Below are positions 57,656 through 64,000 of a stretch of DNA of 64,000 nt, one piece after another. The DNA is from a virus (Duplodnaviria > Caudoviricetes). Each line of letters begins with the position of its first letter. Position 1 is the stretch's first letter. The DNA lies in IMG/VR virus record IMGVR_UViG_3300043177_000122, positions 294,994 through 358,993 of that record, one strand, 5' to 3'. The position numbers and the translations under genes were made by a program. The notes below the pieces were generated by a model. The model was not told the origin of the DNA, did not search any database, and worked only from the letters and a program-made list of their open reading frames with translations.

Positions 57656-60604
57656 ATGAGTAATTATCCTTTTAGTTTCGACAATAACATAACCCTCCCT
57701 GGTGTTTCTGGAAGTTCACAGGAAGATGTAGCTATTACTGCGCTTAGAAGTGCGGTTTTTGCCATTGAAACAGAGTTGGGCGTAACGCCTAGTGGAATTT
57801 ATCCAGATGTCAGAACTAGATTAGATATTTTAGAATCTAGGCTCCAATTTGGGGTTTCTCCGCAAATTCCAAATGATGGTTATGTAAAAAGTCCTTTATA
57901 TATCTGGAATGTGCCTCAAAATGTAGTTTTAAGCATTAGTGACGGCTACGGCGCTCCCACCGAAAATAGATTAGACGGCTCTCTTTATATGAGAGGTGGG
58001 GATGGTTACGCTAATAATCAACTTTATGTTAGGTTAAATGGCCAATGGAAGCCCGTTCAAACTGAACAATTTGTTGCATCAAATGATCTAATTGGATATC
58101 CTCCTGGTTCAGACGGGCATTTAGCTCAAACAGTTGTGGGTTTGTATAACCATCCATTTGCCACAACTATGAACTCTGTTGGTGCCATTCAAGATGGTTA
58201 CCATGTTACCTGGAATAACTTTACCAGTCACTGGGAAGAACAAACTGGATTTATACCAGGTCGTGATTTGATGGCATTTTCTGGCCCTTATGGCCGCACC
58301 GGTCAGCAAGTTATTGGTCTGCAAGGATTCCCATTATCAGGGTTCCCTCCAACTGACGGATATACATTAGTCTGGCAGGCATCGGATAACCGCTGGGAAC
58401 CACAAGCCCGTGCAGTTGTATTCGATGGTTATGTTGCTCGTGTTAATTTGAGGTCCAACCGCGCTCAACAATCACCAATTTTAAACACTAAGACTGGAAT
58501 TGTAAACTTTGGAACTGATACAAGTGGAGCGAGCCTCGGAGCCACCAACGACTATGCTATAATTTTAGGTGGTGACAGAAACCTTTCATCCGGAATTCAT
58601 GCAATCACAGTAGGCGGTTTTGCTAATAATTCTTCGGATGGCTATGCCTTAATAATTAACGGAAATTCTAACATAGCGTCTGCCCAAAACTCGACAGTAC
58701 TTAATGGAATTACCAACACAGCTAGCGGAATACGATCATTTGTACTTAATGGTACATCAAATACTGCTTCCGGTGTCAACTCGTTCGTTGGTAATGGAAC
58801 TAGTAACACAGCCGCAGCTAATCTTTCTGCAATTCTAAACGGATCTTCTAATAGTATTTCTATAGGATCCACACACACAGGTATTGGGTTTGGAACAAAT
58901 AACCAAATAACAGGCGGGGCAGCTTCTCAATTCTCTGTTATTATTGGCGGCACCACAAATGTAATTTCTAGTGCAGAAAATGTTCTGATCGGCGTTCCAG
59001 ATAGTTCTGATTCGGCCGCGCCACATTCTATTCTGTTATCTGGTGTAAATAACTCTATACTTACACTGTCTGATTATTCTGCGGTCTTAACCGGCGTAAA
59101 TAATACAGTAAACATTTCTTCAGAATATGGATTCATTGGAACCGGTCAAAACAACAGCGTAACCGGCCACTTCTCTACTATTTTGAATGCTGATACTTCT
59201 ACGGTTAATGGTCAGCACGCTACGGTTCTAAAAGGACTTAGCAACAGCGCAACTGGTCCATACTCCACTATTGTTAATGGTAATAATAACCTTATCAATA
59301 GTGCTGGTTGGAGTATTATCCTCGATGGATACAATAATAGTGTAACTGGTACCGGCTCATTTATTGCTGATGGTTACAATAATAGTGTTTCTGGGTTCTT
59401 TTCATCCATTCTAAATGGTAACTTCAATACTATTGCAGGTAGAAATAGCACTGTATTAAATGGTGCCAATAATACCATAGACTCTACTAGTGCCGAGAGC
59501 ACAGTTATAGTTGGAGCTAATAACTCATTCGTTAACTCGGCCAATACTACTGCAACTGGAAGTGGAAATACTTTCACAAACGCCGCCCAGACTTTTGTAA
59601 TTGGAACTACTAATAGTATTCAATCGGCCTCTTCGTTTATTAACGGTTCAACTAACACACTTGCAGCCGGATCTATATTTAACAGAATGTTTGGCTCCTT
59701 TAACACTATTGGCGCTAATGCATCTACTAATTTTATTATTGGTAATGCAAATATTATTGGCCCATCTAATACTACATCCAATACTATAGTACTAGGAACT
59801 AATAACTTAGTTGATAACTCTAATACAGTACTTATCAGAGGATCTAGCAATATAGCCAACTCTAATTTTGGTAGTGTAAGTGGTCAATTTGGTAAATCTA
59901 GGATGTTTGGCCAAGAAGTTAGAGCCAACTCTAGATTTACTTCTACTACCATTGCGGCTGGTTCTAACGGAGCTAGCTTGCCACAAGCTACAATTAACGT
60001 AGCATCTACCGCAGGATTTCCAGCTAGCGGATCAATTGCAGTTATTACCTCATTAGGTATGCAATCCGTGAACTATTCTGGTACAACTGGAACTAGTTTC
60101 ACAGGATGCTCTGGTGGTACTGGTACTATGTCAACTGGTAATGCAGTTGGTAAAATTGGTGAGGCTCAGTGGTCACACTTAGTATTAACTGGCATGGCTG
60201 CTGGTGGTGCGGCTGTTCCACTACAATTACAGGATGCTATTGCAGCTAATCCAACTTTTGTTGATGGTTATTCTTATGATTTAAGCATCAAAGTGCTTAT
60301 AGTAAATACATCTCCAATTACACCAAATCCTGTTGTTCCTGCAAGATATTATATTGATGTACTTGCACATCAGGAAAGTGGTGTCTTAGTTCTTGATAAT
60401 ATTAACTATACTTTATCTACACCTAACACGGTAGATAGTATATCTAGAACGCCTTGGACAGTTACAGTTTCTACCAATGGCGCTAACCAAATGTTAGTTA
60501 CGGTTGATACCGAATCAATTACTTCCTACGTGCAACCAAGCAATACTCCATCTGACAGAAGGGCAATTGCTACGATTGAAATGCGAGAAATTTCGAGAAT
60601 ATAA
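57656..60604 (+). CDS. Tail fibre/adhesin-like protein (982 aa) with YadA-head-like approx. 15 aa repeats and one TIAA module
   Basis: Periodic S.V..G..N.A..G pattern from about 58550 to 59900; GDL.G / GLQG.P repeats; 10 DGY motifs. Confidence 0.75.
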   Translation: MSNYPFSFDNNITLPGVSGSSQEDVAITALRSAVFAIETELGVTPSGIYPDVRTRLDILESRLQFGVSPQIPNDGYVKSPLYIWNVPQNVVLSISDGYGAPTENRLDGSLYMRGGDGYANNQLYVRLNGQWKPVQTEQFVASNDLIGYPPGSDGHLAQTVVGLYNHPFATTMNSVGAIQDGYHVTWNNFTSHWEEQTGFIPGRDLMAFSGPYGRTGQQVIGLQGFPLSGFPPTDGYTLVWQASDNRWEPQARAVVFDGYVARVNLRSNRAQQSPILNTKTGIVNFGTDTSGASLGATNDYAIILGGDRNLSSGIHAITVGGFANNSSDGYALIINGNSNIASAQNSTVLNGITNTASGIRSFVLNGTSNTASGVNSFVGNGTSNTAAANLSAILNGSSNSISIGSTHTGIGFGTNNQITGGAASQFSVIIGGTTNVISSAENVLIGVPDSSDSAAPHSILLSGVNNSILTLSDYSAVLTGVNNTVNISSEYGFIGTGQNNSVTGHFSTILNADTSTVNGQHATVLKGLSNSATGPYSTIVNGNNNLINSAGWSIILDGYNNSVTGTGSFIADGYNNSVSGFFSSILNGNFNTIAGRNSTVLNGANNTIDSTSAESTVIVGANNSFVNSANTTATGSGNTFTNAAQTFVIGTTNSIQSASSFINGSTNTLAAGSIFNRMFGSFNTIGANASTNFIIGNANIIGPSNTTSNTIVLGTNNLVDNSNTVLIRGSSNIANSNFGSVSGQFGKSRMFGQEVRANSRFTSTTIAAGSNGASLPQATINVASTAGFPASGSIAVITSLGMQSVNYSGTTGTSFTGCSGGTGTMSTGNAVGKIGEAQWSHLVLTGMAAGGAAVPLQLQDAIAANPTFVDGYSYDLSIKVLIVNTSPITPNPVVPARYYIDVLAHQESGVLVLDNINYTLSTPNTVDSISRTPWTVTVSTNGANQMLVTVDTESITSYVQPSNTPSDRRAIATIEMREISRI

Positions 60605-61032
60605 TGGCAACAACAGTTAGAACTACAAGAACATTAGCTCTGCCCGATATGTCGGACAGATATCCAAGTAATAATCCTCCTGACGGCTACATTCTTACTT
60701 TCAGTGGTGCGGACGGTTATTACCTCGCAAAACCTTTATCTAGAATTTTAGCAATTAGTTCACCAAACTCTCCATATACTCCAACAACTGAAGATGTTGT
60801 TCTAGTTCCTAATCATGTTGGAGTTTTTACAATCAATTTGCCACTGGGTCAAACTCCAGGAAAAACTTTTTACATTAAGGACTTTGCGGGAGTGGCTGCC
60901 GCTAATAATATTGTAGTTTCTGGCAACGGAAATAATATTGATGGCGCCCCAAGCCAAACTCTAAATGTAAATTATAGTGGAATACAAGTTATTTGGAGCG
61001 GTGCCAGTTGGGCAATTCTCGCTAACATCTAA
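60604..61032 (+). CDS. Small structural protein sharing the C-terminal domain of 31850..33526
   Basis: TINLP...PGKTFYIKDFAG.AAANNIVVSGNG..IDG. Confidence 0.7.
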   Translation: MATTVRTTRTLALPDMSDRYPSNNPPDGYILTFSGADGYYLAKPLSRILAISSPNSPYTPTTEDVVLVPNHVGVFTINLPLGQTPGKTFYIKDFAGVAAANNIVVSGNGNNIDGAPSQTLNVNYSGIQVIWSGASWAILANI

Positions 61033-61101
61033 TAACCATCAAAATTCTACGCATTTAGAATAGGGATAATCTAATAAAGAGACATCTCTCTAGGAGATTC
61101 T

Positions 61102-64000
61102 ATGGCAATACAGTACTATATGCGAGCCTACAATACGACTTTGTCCCAATATGTGGAATGGGTCGTAAATGACGCGCCAGACAGTATAGGAACATTTTCT
61201 GGTTACCCAACAAACCAGTTAGTTAACATTATTGTCAACAGAATAGTACAGTCAAAAGTTGAGAATTTTCTAAAACCAAATCAATCACTTGGTGGCACTG
61301 ATGGCCTTTTCTTTCACGTCAATAGCTATGACTGGAGAAATGCAGTTACCCCGATTCCTCCACCAACTGGATTGACTGGATTTCAAATTGAACGAGGCGT
61401 AAACTTTATTGCCAGCATTACCGCGGCCTCTAACGCTTCGCCAATCAATATTACTACAGCCACTAACCATGGTTTGGTAACTGGTCAAATTGTAACTATT
61501 AATGGTGTTACTGGAAATGTAGCCGCTAATGGTAGCTGGCCAATTACTGTTCTTGGGCCAACTAATTTTACACTGAATGGTTCTGTAGGTAGTGGAGCCT
61601 CTTCTCCGGGCGGAAATGTTTTTACCCCAAGAGATATGTCATCTCTTATTTGGGACGAAACCAACGCTTTATGGCGCTTCGTTTTTAACACCAATGGTGA
61701 TGGTACTTCTCTTGGAGCATCGCAATCCTTAGTTGTAAATAACTTATTTGTTGATGGATTTTTAGCTCTAGGAATAGATCCTGCCGACACTGGTATTATC
61801 AGAATTCCTAATAATCAATATATTTTCTCAGAATCTAATCCAACCGGTATCGATATTCAATTAATCGGTGCTGACTTATTTAATAGGGTAAAACTTGGTA
61901 GTACAGTTACTGATATTGTTTATACTCCTGGTGTAATGGTAGTAGATGGATATGTTCAACATGATGGCACCAGCGATAACGTTGCAGCTTCAACTGGATT
62001 TATCCGTGAACTAAACAATACAAACATTGTTGCTTTCAAGAATGTTAACCAAGCATTTACTGATATCGTTGCACTAGGGTCTAATACATTCAATAATGTT
62101 ATTATTGGTGATACGGTTAACACTGGAACCATTCACAATACAGCTAGTGGTACATTTAGCATTACTGCCGCTACTGCCGCAAACCCTGTTCAAATTACAG
62201 TATCTACTCCAACTACATTTGTAACTGGACAAAGCGTTACGATTAATGGTATCACTGGTACTATTGGTACTGACCCAACTAACGGATTGAATGGAAAAAC
62301 ATTCTCGATTGTAGTACTAAATACTACTCAGTTTACCCTAACTGGCTCTAACGGTACTGGTTTAGCCTATACCAGTGGTGGCACAGTTACAACTAATAAC
62401 GTTCACTCATTTCAAGTTGGCGGAAACACTCAAGTAGAAATTGGTGCACCATTCGTTAGATTTCCGTCATCTATAATTGCTCCGTTTATTTTACAATCTA
62501 CAGCAGCAGTATCTACCAGTGGTCAAAATATGACCATTCAGTCACAGAATGCTGGATTGGGTGGCAGCAATGGTGGTAATTTAACACTTACTACTGGTAC
62601 TGGAACTACTAACGGTCTTATCAATTTGCAAACTGGTGGAGTAACTAGAGTTACCTTGAGTGATACTACTGAAACTCATATTCATCAGACAATTACTTTT
62701 GCTAACACTATTGCAAATCCAATTATTACTCAGGATACGACTTCTTCTGCCGCAGGTACTACACTAACTGTACAAGCGCAAGCAACTTCATTAGCAGCTT
62801 CTGCTGGAGGAAATTTAGCACTAAGTTCTGGTATTGGTACATCACAATCTGGAAACGTCTTCATTCAGACTGGCGGAACAACACAGATCGTTGTATCGCC
62901 ATTGACTATCGCACCAAGTGATTCTACCTTTGGTCCACCGACCACAGGCACTGTTATTATTAAAGGTAACTTAGAAGTTCAAGGGTCGATGACTACCGTA
63001 GAAAGTACGGTTGTTGATATTATTGGTAGAGTAATTCATGCTAATTGGGCTGATCCAATAAGTTCACCAAACATATCGCCTTCTACACAGATAACTGGCT
63101 ATAGTATCCATCGTGGTAATTTTGGAAGCGGTATTCCTCGTGATGGTAGCGCCTGGATTTGGACTGAGAATCCAGATGGTTATTCGCATGCTGGCGCAGA
63201 TGGATATTGGAGAGCAGTGACCATTCCTGGTGATGGTATTGGCACTGACAATTTTACAATTGCCAACTCTTTAAATATTGTTGGAGTTATGGGTAATGAT
63301 TTTGCTGCTAGTTCTGATCCAAATCCTCTATCAGGATATTTGGCTGGTACCGGCAGTTTAAGAACCGCTAATAACGTACCTGTAGCTGTTTCAAGAAACC
63401 TAACTGCAAGTACAACTGTTGCTGCCGCGTCTAATTTAACTACATTACCTCAAGCAACAATTAACGTAGTATCTACGACCGGATTCACCAGTTCTGGTAC
63501 GCTATTAATTCTATCTTCTACTGGTGTTCAAACGGTAACATACACTGGCACAACTGGAACAAGTTTTACCGGTGCAACTGGTGGTACAGGTCAAATTATT
63601 ACTGGAAGTATTGTTGGACAAACTAATAGATCAACTACATTTAATGGAACTAACGGCACTACACTACCAACAGCTACAATTACTGTAGCTTCCACTACCG
63701 GTTTCCCAGCTTCTGGAACTCTGCGTGTAGTAAGTCGTACTAGCAATAACTCTATTTCTCCACCAAGTGTACAAGTAATTACTTACACTGGTACAACCGC
63801 TACTACATTTACTGGATGTTCTGGTGGTACGGGGTTCTTGTTTATTGGCGATTCTGTCACCAGCGTTCCACCAGTTGGAACTCAAGATTTAGTTTTGTTA
63901 GGAACTGATTTTGGTAATCGCATCCTACACGGGTCTCCAAATAGTAATACTGGCCATATCTTCGATACACCAACTGGATTTTTCTATGACTTCCAGATTA
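61102..64000 (+). CDS. Large modular fibre protein (3'-truncated; absent from the ORF track because there is no stop in the window)
   Basis: SD AGGAG, ATG 61102, frame open to window end by my translation (MAIQYYMRAYN...). Contains a YYK-like N-terminus, 2 NPI and 2 TIAA modules. Confidence 0.8.
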   Translation, partial: MAIQYYMRAYNTTLSQYVEWVVNDAPDSIGTFSGYPTNQLVNIIVNRIVQSKVENFLKPNQSLGGTDGLFFHVNSYDWRNAVTPIPPPTGLTGFQIERGVNFIASITAASNASPINITTATNHGLVTGQIVTINGVTGNVAANGSWPITVLGPTNFTLNGSVGSGASSPGGNVFTPRDMSSLIWDETNALWRFVFNTNGDGTSLGASQSLVVNNLFVDGFLALGIDPADTGIIRIPNNQYIFSESNPTGIDIQLIGADLFNRVKLGSTVTDIVYTPGVMVVDGYVQHDGTSDNVAASTGFIRELNNTNIVAFKNVNQAFTDIVALGSNTFNNVIIGDTVNTGTIHNTASGTFSITAATAANPVQITVSTPTTFVTGQSVTINGITGTIGTDPTNGLNGKTFSIVVLNTTQFTLTGSNGTGLAYTSGGTVTTNNVHSFQVGGNTQVEIGAPFVRFPSSIIAPFILQSTAAVSTSGQNMTIQSQNAGLGGSNGGNLTLTTGTGTTNGLINLQTGGVTRVTLSDTTETHIHQTITFANTIANPIITQDTTSSAAGTTLTVQAQATSLAASAGGNLALSSGIGTSQSGNVFIQTGGTTQIVVSPLTIAPSDSTFGPPTTGTVIIKGNLEVQGSMTTVESTVVDIIGRVIHANWADPISSPNISPSTQITGYSIHRGNFGSGIPRDGSAWIWTENPDGYSHAGADGYWRAVTIPGDGIGTDNFTIANSLNIVGVMGNDFAASSDPNPLSGYLAGTGSLRTANNVPVAVSRNLTASTTVAAASNLTTLPQATINVVSTTGFTSSGTLLILSSTGVQTVTYTGTTGTSFTGATGGTGQIITGSIVGQTNRSTTFNGTNGTTLPTATITVASTTGFPASGTLRVVSRTSNNSISPPSVQVITYTGTTATTFTGCSGGTGFLFIGDSVTSVPPVGTQDLVLLGTDFGNRILHGSPNSNTGHIFDTPTGFFYDFQI

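Noticed and set aside
1-64000. Genome-wide stop-codon reassignment (TAG or TGA)
   Set aside because: Long conserved genes are intact in the standard code, TGA ends many genes, TAG ends three, and only one in-frame TAG candidate was seen.
1-64000. CRISPR array, tRNA or rRNA genes
   Set aside because: Intergenic gaps are about 105 bp or less and show no repeat-spacer periodicity or cloverleaf. The repeats found are protein-coding.

Overview
The window is a 64 kb AT-rich, densely coding segment of a large (jumbo-type) tailed bacteriophage genome. Evidence for a phage rather than a eukaryotic virus or host chromosome: Shine-Dalgarno sites, overlapping stop/start codons, sigma70-like promoters, a sigma factor, GH25 and M23 cell-wall hydrolases, and baseplate/fibre genes. 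Layout: (i) 1-5.3 kb, end of a structural operon; (ii) 5.4-40.3 kb, a mostly plus-strand block with glycosyltransferases, RmlB, a Nei/Fpg glycosylase, an FtsZ/tubulin-family GTPase, lysozyme, SF2 helicase, helicase loader, DnaB, sigma factor, class II RNR, PhoH, Met aminopeptidase, exonuclease, HAD, macro-like and M23 genes, plus five free-standing homing endonucleases; (iii) 40.3-57.5 kb, a minus-strand array of paralogous Thr/Gly-rich virion proteins; (iv) 57.6-64 kb, divergent plus-strand fibre genes. No tRNA, rRNA or CRISPR array was seen. The most unusual signal is in the structural proteins. Two approx. 65-70 aa modules are plugged in-frame into different loops of paralogous scaffolds and also into each other, giving a balanced last-in-first-out nesting about 7 levels deep in the 1257 aa protein. 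A third module family self-nests in the first ORF. Other notable signals are a strongly over-represented DGY tripeptide restricted to structural proteins (30 copies), a shared YYK-x-x-Y module in five proteins, and a probable AUU start codon for the Nei/Fpg gene. All family assignments come from motif recognition by eye, not from database searches.
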